Part shown: one piece after another, positions 50,430 through 62,700 of the stretch
Numbering within the stretch: the first letter of the stretch is position 1
Layout: each line of letters begins with the position of its first letter
Assembly: GCA_036172245.1 (NCBI GenBank)
Contig: JAYWIR010000011.1
Span: 4,216,001-4,280,000 of the forward strand
DNA from: Raillietiella orientalis
Lineage: Eukaryota
Direction: 5' to 3'
DNA length: 64,000 nt
The notes under the pieces: model-generated
Told to the model about the DNA's origin: nothing
What the model saw: only the letters and a program-made list of their open reading frames with translations
Databases searched by the model: none
Made by a program: the position numbers and the translations under genes

Positions 50430-51740
50430 TATTTTCTTTTGGTACTCTACATGTCAACACCGTAGTCGGGGCTCGAAGATTTCTTCGAGCTATTAGGCTG
50501 CGGGACTGGACTGGAGGTGAACAGGACGAACAAAGCGAACCCGTCCTTGGTAGCATTCGGTTCAGCGTTGGCAGGACATCTGGACTGGATATACTTTTCG
50601 ATCCTTGCGGTTCAGTACTTGAAGTAGCACGGTGCACTGCCGAGGGACTATTCCCCGGAGGAGGCGTAGTGCAGCTGCCTCCAGAAGACAGCGTCGGCGT
50701 TCGACGCATTCCAGCATGGCTCGTTTCCGTTGCAGAAACAAGCCGCGGTGTGGATGACGTATGCGAGCAGCTCTTCGGCCTTGCTCTTGTTGTTTGCACC
50801 CCAGAGAGTGGAACTGAAAGGCGGGCGAAGGACTGCCTGAGAATGCATTTCATGGACTCATCCCCCTGAAGGACTTGTGCGCTCCGTGTCGAGACGGAAT
50901 TCTCGTCCTGCTGACGCTGTGGCGCCTGGAACGGTAGCTTCAGTAGAAGACGCTGACCCCAGTGACGAACCTGTGGAGCACAAAGCGGTGCCAGCACGCA
51001 CGATACCCGTTGCCTTCGTCTGGGGTGACCGTCTTCGTTCCTGGCGGATTAAACGCAACGTGCTCTGCTGCGGTCTGGAACAACGGAGGGTGGCCAAGGC
51101 GAACCAGGACCAGCAAGGAGATTTTCTACCTGCCGGCGAACGGCAGGTAGAAAATCGCACGTGGGAAAAAAACAACGGAGCGAGTATGGAGATGCAGAAG
51201 CGACTGCCGCACTCGTTCTACGACAACCGCTCGCTGCAAGTCGTTCCTTGCTTTTCTGAAGAGGATCTGAAGAGTGGCTTCGGAATAGTAAGAAAATGGT
51301 GGTCCCCGAAGAAAGCGAAACTCTTCTTTGCATTCTGCAGAGTTGTCATGCCTCCGGGCGCTCCATGACACGAGGCACGATGGGTTCCATCGAAGAGGGG
51401 GGGAGCGGCTCGCTTGCTCAACCAGAGGGGATGTTCGATGGGAACCGTGTTTTTCGATTCTGCTTCCCCCTGGAAGGTGCACGGAGGGTGGTATCCCGAT
51501 CCTGGCCACTTCTCGACGCTATTCGATACGAAACGCTACTGGCCACTGAACCGAATGCAGCAGCGGCATTATGCGGGTGAAGCTGGAAGGCTGCACGCAT
51601 CACCATCTCTTGGCGTGGTTTCTTTCCGAGTGTTGCCATTCGCCAGTGTTGCTGTTGCGCCCGGAACCCGCAGCCACGCGGCCCGCCATGCGGGCCGTCG
51701 AAAGAAGTGAGGCACACTGTAGTTCGAGCTGGGGCACGAG
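50430..51740 (+). mobile_element. Internally deleted L1/Tx1-like ORF2 (APE start joined to 3' region)
   Basis: FSFGTLHVN (APE start) and FSVGRTSGLDILF (S...SGVAILF). 51185-51240 is an inverted homologue of 50075-50130. Confidence 0.5.
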
Positions 51741-51749
51741 GAGCACCAC

Positions 51750-53200
51750 TGGCGCTGTTCGCCTGCCAGGCAGTGAACCGGAACGCCTTCCTGCGTTAGG
51801 AGGTTGGCCACCGGTGCGGCAACCAAAAGGTGCGTCTCGGAAAACATGGTCTCCTGCAAACCCTCGGAATCACGTACTCAAATACTGAAGGTTCAGTTTC
51901 CGTCCAGGTGCCAGCGAGGTCGCCACGCGCCGCACACGTGTGCGCCGCCTCAGCGGAGGTACATGCGCCAGTTTGAACCCGTACGCGATGAAAAATGTCC
52001 TGCAGCACGGCAGTGCTGAAGAGCGGCACTTGGTATCGGCTGGCAAACACTAGAGATGCTGAGCGTCGGCACGTCCATCACGAACGATGAAGGAAGCACC
52101 CGAAAAGAATACGCGTCCAGTACGTCGCACTAGTGTTTCGCTTTCCCAACTATGTGCTGGAAGAGTCGGCTCCTCCTCCGGCTGGCTCATGCGCACCCCT
52201 TCATCTCGGTCAGCGGACGCAGCGCTGCTTCCGATGCAGCGGTTGTGAGCGTCGAAGTGCCACAGGCGTCGGCGGCACGCTGGAAGCAGGTGGCGCCAGC
52301 CAGGAAGCGAGATGCCGCACGTGCAGGGACTTGCGCGCGCGCCCCAGCAAACCAACCCAAACCCCTTTTCCCCAACCAACAGGAGATTGGAATTGATCCA
52401 TTTCTCATAGGAATTTATTGATTCATCTCCTACGGCGACGCTGTGGAGCAACGCAAACGAGCAATCTACGGAAAAAATTTCCGATCCTGGACTTGGCGTT
52501 TGGGTAGGGCGGGGCGCTGTCAGCAGGGTGCGAGCCTTGCGCGCTGGCATTCCCGCTGGCACTCGGCTCGAAGCTGCTCACGGCCCCCGTTCCGGAGCAG
52601 CTTGGTTGCTGGCCAGCGCTGCCGTGTGCGGCGCGCACGTCCTCCGCCAAGGACGGCGAGCCGTCGGCGAGCGGGACTCCTGCCGGCACGTGCTCGGGCC
52701 CAGATGGGCGGACACGGACTCTCACCAGGAGACAGATGGGCCCGGCATGGACAACGAAGGCGCCCGGAGTCCTAATTGCTTCCTGATCCAGCCACGCTTC
52801 TCCACAGTGCGGGCAGATCGGATTCAGGAGAAGTACCTTCTCACCTTGCCCAGAAGATGAATGCGGGTTGGGCGCCTCGGGTGCAGACGCACACGGATCC
52901 GCTTCGATCGGGTGGACCTCCCGCGTAGGCGAATGCATTCTCTTGGCCAACGTGCAGGAAGACGGGCCGGCCGAGCAAAACGTGCCGCAGGCCTCTCCAG
53001 GCACGCCGGAGCACAGATCGATCTGCACGTGGCCCTCGTCCTCGTCGATCCAAGGCAGCTCCTCGAGATCCAGTCCAGAAAGCGCGCACGACCCCTCCGC
53101 CCCCGGGGTCGATGAGCGCCAAGCAATCTCCTCATAGGACGGCCTTTCCATCTTGCAGTCGTCGCTCGTTGCAACGGTGCCGCGGTCCTTGGAAGTCATC
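51750..53200 (-). mobile_element. Decayed L1/Tx1-like ORF1 plus ORF2 fragment
   Basis: ORF 52423-53199 begins MTSK...RPSYEEIA (ORF1-type SYA.va), followed by knuckle-like VCWGARASPCTCG..GWRHLLPAC and ETMFSET...VANLL (cf. RETmyLP...GGL.vPNL). Confidence 0.4.
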
Positions 53201-54443
53201 TTCTCACTTCTAACTTCTCGTTTCTCACTATGAAAGTGCTAGCTGCCTCGCAATTGGAAAGCAAAATTTCATTCCAAAGAGAAACCATGGAAACGAGATT
53301 GTAGACTGGAGACTGCATGCAGGCTGGAGAGACTTGCCTGATCGAAGGTCGCTGAGCGAACGACGTCGAAGTTCCTTCTCGTGTGTAGGAGACGTTCCAG
53401 TTGGTGAATGTCCGGCGCTGGGTAGCGTGGTCCGAGGACGAGACATTTGAAGAAAACGTGGCATCCTTTGTGGCGCTTGTGAATTGCTCAGGGAGCCAGG
53501 CGTAAGAGCAGGGGCATTGGTAGAAGATTGAGCTGCCCGCCGTGGGAAGGGAAGTGAAGGTTGCAAGTGGGATGGTCGGCGCGCTGGCTGCGAGGACTGT
53601 GACTTCGGGAATAGTGAGCTGGAACTGACGGTGAGCGGGAAAATGGAAGCGCAAGAGCTGTAGAGCACAGCAGACGAATGGGAGCGGATTGCATCAGCAA
53701 GGAAGGTCTCTGACGAGGAAGGCGAAAAGTGCGCTTTGGGGATAGGAGCTGCAGAGGAAACAGGCTGTTGACCATTTTCGCAATCGGCGTGGCGCAAGGG
53801 CCCAACTTTTGCCAAAGTACCGAACGCCAACTGCTAAAACGGACACCTGAGGCCCCCATTCGGATTTCACAGATGATCTTTTCCAGGCGTTTGTACGTGG
53901 TCCGTAAGAACTTCCGTGGCAGAGATGCAGGCTCCGCTAATTCAAAACCTGGTTCTTCCTGGATCCCTCTTGTAGCTAAGAGGGAGAGGGGGAAGCGCAT
54001 GCATTCGGGATGACGGGAATTCGCCGTTTCGCAAGTCCCGCAGCCGTCCCCCTAAGAGCGCTGAGATTATATCACCGTTCCAACTCCGAGTCTACTAGGA
54101 AGTTCAAGATTTTCGGAAAATTTGCAAAGGGAGGAACCAAACTTCTCCCAAGCGCCCCCTGGTCCTCGTTTGCAGGGTGAAATGCTGCTCGAGGCTCCTC
54201 GCGCCATCCTCCTTGCAGAGGTCAAATATTTCGTCCTCAACCAACCGCTCGTTACGTCTGAGGGACGAACATTCCGCATGTTGTCGGAATGTGAAGTCGC
54301 CTACGGAATTCGGCACCCGATTTGCAGCCCCGTCTGACGTCAAGAGATCTCTTTGGGAGTAGGAAGTTCAAGGAATGCTCCCACCTTCGTGGGCAGATGC
54401 CAAAGGTGAAGGAATAGCACCCCTACCTCGAGTTCTGTGGATC

Positions 54444-54488
54444 CCCGACGTAATTCCCTAGCCATGACGGTTAGGGAATTACGTCGGG
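54444..54488. repeat. Perfect 17-bp inverted repeat (hairpin, 11-nt loop)
   Basis: CCCGACGTAATTCCCTA-gccatgacggt-TAGGGAATTACGTCGGG. Confidence 0.95.
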
Positions 54489-54999
54489 ACAAGGGAGCGT
54501 TTCCCGACAAGGGAACATGGAGATCACCAGTGCCTGCGAATGTGCCAACAGAATGCTTCCCTACTTCTTAGTGTGGGGCCCTGCGGCTGACCCGGTGATA
54601 GCTTGCACAGTTCTCCGGTCGATCCGATAGGCAACCTTTGTGCTTCCTACTTATGCATGAGATAAATAGGTTTTATTCTGCGAATGTGCCCCAGGAAATT
54701 TTACGTCGGGGAAACGAGAGAGAGGTCTCGCCCTCCAAGTCCTATTCGACGGGAATCCTTGCATATTCTGGAATCACATTCTTTCCTCGGAAAGTTTTCC
54801 TGCCATGTCCTTCGTTCCAGCTCCATCGTGCGCTTCTCATCCAGATGAGTTGATACCCTTTGGTGTAAATTTGAGATTTCTCCTGCCGGATTGCCTACCA
54901 ATTGTGGGGATCACGAGTGCATGCCATGTCCAGTGTCGGTAGGTGGTTCGCTGACATTCCAACTACGAAGATTCTTTGTTCCTCTTAAGGGTATCACTG

Positions 55000-56480
55000 T
55001 TAACGCCTTCGTCGCTGCATGCGTGCCGTCCCTGGAGGGCACGCAGCGCGTTCAGTTGCCACTGAGCTTCCATATCTGGTATGAAAGCTGTACCACCCCG
55101 CATGCGAGAGCGACTTCCGACACCACCGTCTTTAAATCCGATGCATTTGTATCTGAGACACCTTCCGACGCTACTGTGCTTTGAACGGATACCGCCGCCA
55201 CCGAAGACACGCGACGGTCAGAGGAGTCCTCGGAGACAGTCGAAATTCTTCCACCGGGGCTCCTCTTCCATTCTTCCTCGATGCGCCACTGCGTGCGACT
55301 TGCGAGGGGCCTTTCAGCTCGCGATCCATCACACGCCAATCCCAAGCATCGCTGCATGGCAACGGCGGTCGCCGAGCTTACGCTATTCGGGTCGACGCTC
55401 GTCTCTTGGGAAAGAGATAGACCTTTCCGGAGGCATCCGGAGTCCTACCCGCTGCCCATCGGTTCTCGGAACCGATGGGCGGCTGTCAAAACTAGGAGTG
55501 GCAGAAGGCACATCCCGGAAAGGAGTATGGATGGCGTCATTCAAGGAAATTATTTTGTACAGGACAGGCTGAGGTTGGATGTGGCGAACGACCAGGCAGA
55601 GTGACAATGCGACAAGGCGATCACGGTGTTATGGGGACGGATAAGAACGCTTCTTCGGCACGAGACGTGAAGATCCAGATTCCGGATCTTGTGGATGCTA
55701 TCAACATTGGAAAACCCAAGCGCTTGAACGGAAACGAAACTGGGAAAAAGGTTTTCGACTAGCAAAGAGCGTAGGAGGCTCGAGGTTGCAGGCACTGTAA
55801 TTGGTTTCAGCTGTGACGTGCCATCGCGATGAGGATGGGACAACTGAAAACCACGTGAGAAAGGACACTGAGGGAAGGCGACGATTCAGCGAAGTTGCGG
55901 GACCGTTCCCTGCAAGAGATTTTGAAAGCAAAGGGAGGAGGGGCTCCAAAACCTGAGGTGGAAGATCACGGGAGACCATGGCCTGACGAGAGTGGGCTGT
56001 GTAAGCAAATGAGCACGTCGAAGGAGTATTGCCGTTCGAACCGTCAAATACGGAAATGGAATGTTAGCACGCTGCGGATCCTTGGCAATGGAGGGACTAA
56101 CAGACACGTACAAGAAACTGAAATCCTCCTTCAACGGCATCCTGACCTTAACTTACAAGGGCGCCTGTCCTCAGGCCGCATAACTGAATAAACCTTTTCG
56201 GGAGAAATCATCATACGGCGAGATATTGAAAGTCCACGGCATTTCAAGCACAATGCTCACAGAGCAGCAAGAATTTCTTACACCGCTGCTCGGAAATGAA
56301 GCTCACGGATGCAGGAAGCTGCTTATGCGTGCAGGACGCTTGCTGACCACACACACACACGTTGCCCTCGCGGAGAGACTTCCACTGCTTTGACACACGG
56401 AAGGCCGGACTGGACCCACGCCATGGCTCGTCTTCCACGGGTTTTTGCCGCACGCCACCCTGCATCGGTACAGCCCTGTG
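55000..56480 (+). mobile_element. Decayed non-LTR element, ORF1-like region plus APE start
   Basis: RNRWAAVKTRSGRRHIPE (ORF1 G.R...m.....IP) and IRKWNVSTLR...HVQETE (APE WNV..L...lQET, about 56050-56120). Confidence 0.45.
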
Positions 56481-56797
56481 CTTGCTTTGGATTCACACTC
56501 AATTTTATTTTGTATCCAATAAAGAGAATTCTCGTGCTACATCAAATTAAAAATTCATGGTCATATAAATATATTTTACCACTGGCTTTCAAAAAAAAAA
56601 AAAAAAAAAAAAAAAACATCCTTTAGAATCCAAATACATTTTCAAAATTGTTTAAAGACGGTAATTTATCCCTTTTGATACTTCAATTATTTTTTATGGA
56701 ACTTTTTTTTTTTTTTTGAATGAGGAACATGTAAAAAAACATCCACAGCAATTGTATTTTGAGAGCTTAGGTCACACAAGAGTCGAAATAAAATTTC

Positions 56798-59700
56798 TCA
56801 AGATAAATGAAAGGAATGTTGGCCTTCTAACGCAGCAATCCTTAACTTTTCTCTCATTTTTTCTAGGGACATGTAGTCTGGCAATTTCAAATAATTGACA
56901 CAAGTCATCACTGATGGAAGAAAATCATCGGGATTTTCGGTGGAGGCAAAAGTCTTCCTCACAATAGTGAGAGGAGGAGACAAGCTTTTAAATCCCCCTA
57001 CTGGCAATTTGGGGCAACCAGTAGTGAACTGCAAGAACTGACGCTGCTCTTTGCTATTGTAACTGCTTAATATTTCAAACAAGAATTTGATTGCCCTGGA
57101 ATCGTGTGTGTAACCGTGGTCGGTACGACAGCATTCCAGAAGAGTCTTTATATCCCAAGGCTAGAACAAAACATGAGTAGATGAAGGAAAAAAATACAGC
57201 ATCAGATACTAACTTCACTGCCCCGATTGCCGCAAAACAGGAATTCAAGCTCTTCAGGAAAAAAGAAACGCAAATATTTTAGTGGAAAGACGAGTTCGAA
57301 GCCTTCTTGTAGTGCTTCTAGTTGCTGATGAATGCCTTCGTAGAGCGACCAGTGAACAACCAACTGTGAGTACATGCAGCTTTCAAAACCTTCCATTCTG
57401 AAATTAACTTACCTGTAAATATTTCCTTAGTGACTGTGAAGTAACTGGCATTTGTCTCCCTCCTTTAAGGAGTTCGATATATGAAAACCCCGGGAGAGTA
57501 AAATCGAGAAAAAGGTCTTCGATATTGCAACCATCTAACTGCAATGTGGTTCCAGATTTGGGATCATCCATTGAAGAACAGTTCTGCTGCTCATTAGTTG
57601 ACTGGTATGCAACATCCAGGAGTTTGAAGAAAGTATTGGCGACGACAGGGTCAAAAAATTGCATATCAGAATGAGAAAAAGTTTTTTCTTCACATAATAG
57701 CCAACGGTACACAAGTGGATTTAATGGAAGATCCAGCATCCGGGAATCCATGACTGCTCTTGCCATGAGTTTACCAATAAACCGAAATCTGCTTCGCACA
57801 CGGGAAAGTTGTCCAACACGTGTCCCATGGTGAAGAGGAAGTGGATATAAACCCACAGAAGAATAAATGAACTCAGGACTACTTTCTTGATCTCCTAAAG
57901 ATGGCTGTACATTCACTGTGTCTCCTTGCCACAATTGGAGATTTTTCCTTTGGAGTTCCCACGAAACCAGAGTATAGAACTCTAACGTTGGACCCAAACC
58001 TGTGCCCACCTGTGCTGCATTTAAAAGAAAATTCTGCAGGCGCAACTCTTCAAACCTCATTTTCGTATTGTATTTCCAGTACTGCTTGAGTACTTCCTAA
58101 GTCCTGGAAAATGCGTTCTGCCTGTTTCAGGATTTCATGTCTGGAAACAATTCTCTTTTTCCTCTCTAAGCGTGGAGTTATTCTTTCACTACTGTCAGTT
58201 GGATTGCTCAGCTCTGGTGAGCTATCTAGTAATCTCTGTATTGCACGGTCTCTATCAAAAGCTACAGCATAAAAAAGCAGTTGCCTTGTTTCAAATGGGA
58301 ACAGAAAGGGACTAAAAAGGGAATGTTTGAAATTACAAATACCACTGTGAACAAGCAACACTTACGCCACTAAAGCAATCTGAGATAACCAGGAAGGCAT
58401 ATGGCCAGTCATGATAACAAGGGGATCTTGCAGTTGCCTATTAGCTTTAGCAGTCAATTTAATATTTATAAAATCCTGAGGAGTCAACAGTGGTTGATAT
58501 CTACGGGGGGAATACACAGTTCCCCAATAGCGGTTGAGGGCATGGAGAATACGCATGAGATTGATAACATCTAAGGAAGGATCTTGAACTTTCACACTGT
58601 CTGGCAAGGATGAAGTCAAATAGGAAAAAAGCGGCGATTCCATTTCTGGCACTGCACCTTCTAAAATTAAAAACAACTGTGATGAAGAAATGCCGATGAA
58701 ATCCTTTATACCATTCCATAATTTATTTTTGCTTTTGCAATAAGTCTTTTGCACAATGTGCTTATTTTTCTTCATTGCAGTCCGCCTGTTTAAGGTAATA
58801 TTTCCATGGGCAGATGAAGCCTGTCTATAGAAGATTGTATGTGTTTGCACCCAAATATTAGGATGGCCAACTGAAGCTTCCACATCTATATCTAGATCTG
58901 ATATTTCGCCAGACACATTATTGCTGAATTGCTTGATAGCTTGATATACAGTCATGTTATATGGAAGCACTTCATCTCCAATCAGAAACTCCAACTTATG
59001 ACTATTATTGACTGAGCTATTAATAACTGAAGCCAATGTTTCTTCAGCATCATCATTGCTGTTATCATCATCAGAATCCTTATCGTCCGTCTCACAAATT
59101 TTCCCATATCCACGAACCATCAAATAACGTTCAATAGCTTGAACCAGTGCTAGAGGATCTACCTTTACAGGGCCATTTTTCCACTGACGTAAAGTAGTAC
59201 AATTAGGGTGACGCTGGAGATTGCACTAGATATCATCAAAATGAACTATCAAGTGAAATGAAGAAACCTTTATAATATAAAACCTTCAACTGATGCGTGT
59301 TGAAGAATTTTAAGGCACTTGTTCCTGCATGGGATGTTCCAGAAGTACATGGGAGATCATGCACTTTAACAGGAAACTGCTCTAGTTGATTGATGCAACC
59401 ATTTAGTTTTGAAATAAGAATCACAAGTGAAGCTTGTCCACGTAAAGTTGGATCATCTCGGCAGTCATATTGCAGCTTTACATAGTTTGGTATTATTTTG
59501 TATGTACTCAAATCATAACTTACAGGGCAGTTTAGAAACACATGCAAAAACGTCCTTAATCTTTGACACCATGATTCAGTATCTAAGTTTTTTTCTGTCA
59601 GGAATTTGATAAACTTTTTGACTAGATCACTGTGCAATAATTCAAATGGTGAAATATCATGTTGCTCAATAATCTCATGAATGTTCAACAAATGTTGGAG

Positions 59701-62700
59701 ACTATCTTCAGGATGCTGTTCTAACTGATTTAAAGACTGAGTAAGCCTATCCAAAACACTTAAAAAGATTTCATTAATTCCAGAAGTTTTGTGTTCGAAG
59801 TGTATTTGCAAAAATTTAGTCGTTTGTTCGCGAATCCAATGTCTCACTTTATCCTTTTTAATACTACTTATTGGGAGGAAAATTGGAGAATGCTAAAAAT
59901 ACCAATTAACCAAGTTTTTGATGAAAGTTTTATCAATCTACCTGAACTGACTGCAAAGATTTGTCGCCCCGGGAAACAGCTGAGCTGTTCCAACTCCATT
60001 TAGCAGGATTTAGATTTGAAAGGAATCCTGAATTTCTAGAAAACGGACTAGAATTCTTAGATTTGATGTTAAAGTTATGACCTTCCACATTTCTACTAGT
60101 TACTGTAACAAAATTATTTTTCACGTTTTGATTAGATTTATGATATTTACTTTGAGACTGTGATGGGTTTGAATCCACTGTACGTGCTTTTCTTGACGAA
60201 ATGAAAGTTTTGCGAGGAGCTCTCTTTCGCTTCAGGACATCATTCAAGTGTCTGTAACAATCAAAGTATGAATCAAAATTCGCCAGTCATTTCTTTCGAG
60301 TTTCAGAAGAGCAAAAGTTAAAATAAACAAACACACTCTGATAATTTCTGTTCACGAAAACACATGGACATTTACCAAAAAAAATTTACTGAGGAAACAA
60401 GCTAATATGCAAAATTGTTTTCCGTAGAAATATCTCCCTTTAACCTATAAATAATGAAATAAAACATACATGATAAATTATCTGAATAATTCATCCAATT
60501 TTTAGTATTCTAAATGAAGAAAGTTTTTCTCGACTTAGAGAAAATTGTCTACCAGTATACATTAAAAACTATTAAAAACATTTGACTTCATGTTTACAGG
60601 TACCCCTCCCTTTCATGGAGTTGAAATAAAATGAATTAACCTGCAATTTTTGATTTGGAACTGGTAAGGTCTACATCACAACACAGACATTTTATTGCTA
60701 AAGCAATTTTTCGCTACTTTTAGATATCGCTGCAATTCCGTTGAAACAAATGCCCAACTACTGTTTATGATACTCGTGAGATCATGGGAGAATTATAAGA
60801 TTTTTGTATTTTCTTCCAGAATATACAAAAATTTGAAAGTATTTTTTCACTATCATTCAAATGTTTTTGAAAGAAATACCTATTCTTCTTTTCGAATCGT
60901 TCCTTTTTAATGAACCTGATAACCTACATAACAATTTATTTCTGCAACAGACTTCAAAACCTAATCACATCATACACAAGTTCAGTGTTGACTCATTAGT
61001 ACATCACAATACCGACACTTAAAGATATTATCCTAGACCTCAATTTCACATTTTTCATACCATCTAGATTAAAAAACATCATCAAACCATTTACAAATGG
61101 TTTGATGATGAATCATCAGAATGAAGACTATGGTTCAAAACTTTCATCATCTTACAAATCTGTATAAAATTTCAGGCCAACACACAACACCTTGCATTAC
61201 CAGAAATCTTACTATGAGTGTTCCCCTTGCATATCAGAATCATCAATTATACACTAGAATAGGTAGTTTCAAAAACGCATTTCTGTACAAATAGAACGGT
61301 GTTTCACTGCTGATTTCTACACTCATAATTAAATAACGGAGAGCGGAAATTTGAATCTGGAAATTTTTTGATCAGTGAGCATACATTAAACTTGTATCAA
61401 TGTGCCATGACCACAAGTCAGATTAGAAATTTCAAAATCATGATCACAAATTCATAACTTCTGGACTAACAGTAATCAACTATCTGAGTGCTTTTGTTAT
61501 CAATTCTCAAATTTGTTTCAATAACGTCAAAAAATTCACAAATAATATTAAAAAAAATCTTGCTCAAAAATCAAGCAGCTGATAAAATAAGCAATACTTG
61601 CAATTGAGAACTAGAAGGTATGCTTCCAATGGGAAAGTTCTTTTCCTCTTGATAAAATCTATCTAGAAGAAGAAACATACAAATGAATCTATGCTTTGAA
61701 GTTCATACCTGAAAAGATCTCTAAAGAATATTCATTAGCTGCACGAATACTCCCTTTATGCATTTTGGAATTGAATGCATTATCATTTTCTTTATTTTTT
61801 GTGGGGAAGTTTGTTTTATTTGTTTGGACAGTTTCTCCTAATGATTCGTCACTCAACTGAGACAGTAGTTTCATTTGATGGACAACACCCTCTCGTTGAA
61901 AATACAAGCCAAACAATTCAGAAAGTTTCTGCATCAAAACTTCAGCCATCTGTAATGCTCCAACCACAATTTTGAGATCATTCGATGATAACATGACTGC
62001 TAGTTGACTGGAAACTTGTTGTATTTTTAATACCCGCTATTCAGATATCAAAAGAGAAATGTTTCAATGAATTGGATCAAAAATGTTTGTGATGAAGAGT
62101 TATAATATAGCATATTACAATATTTTTTCTTGTGGTTTTATCTCATAAATAAGAAATAAAGTTAATGAATAAAGGAACACATTATTTACTTTAAGTAAGT
62201 CCGGTTCTGCAAAAGAAACCATTCTAAGCATTGCACGAAGGCATGCTTGACGCACTGCTGGTCCTGCAGATGAGCTATAAACTTCATAAAGAACACTGAA
62301 CAGACTATGGATACAATTAGACGTTAACTTATAATCTTCCTCAAGATGTGTTCTATTGTAATTTAATCCATGACTTCCTGATGCTGGATTGAAAATATAA
62401 GAAACAAAAAACCAAAATTTGTGTATACCACCACTAGAATTAATTTTACGTTCTATAGGACGAGATGTTCCAGTGGATTCGTTAACTTGCTGCATTGACT
62501 GAAAATCGATAAAATAAGTTTTTCCCATCGAAGAAAGAGTAATATCCTCCTCTCCTGTGCAGTGAGCAATCTGAGAAAAAAAATTAGACAGGAACAACAA
62601 AATTTTGATGACATGTAATAATAATAGACAATAAGTAATGTATGCATAATGACTTAATGCCATATGAAAAATACAGAACATATCACTTGGATAAAAATGT

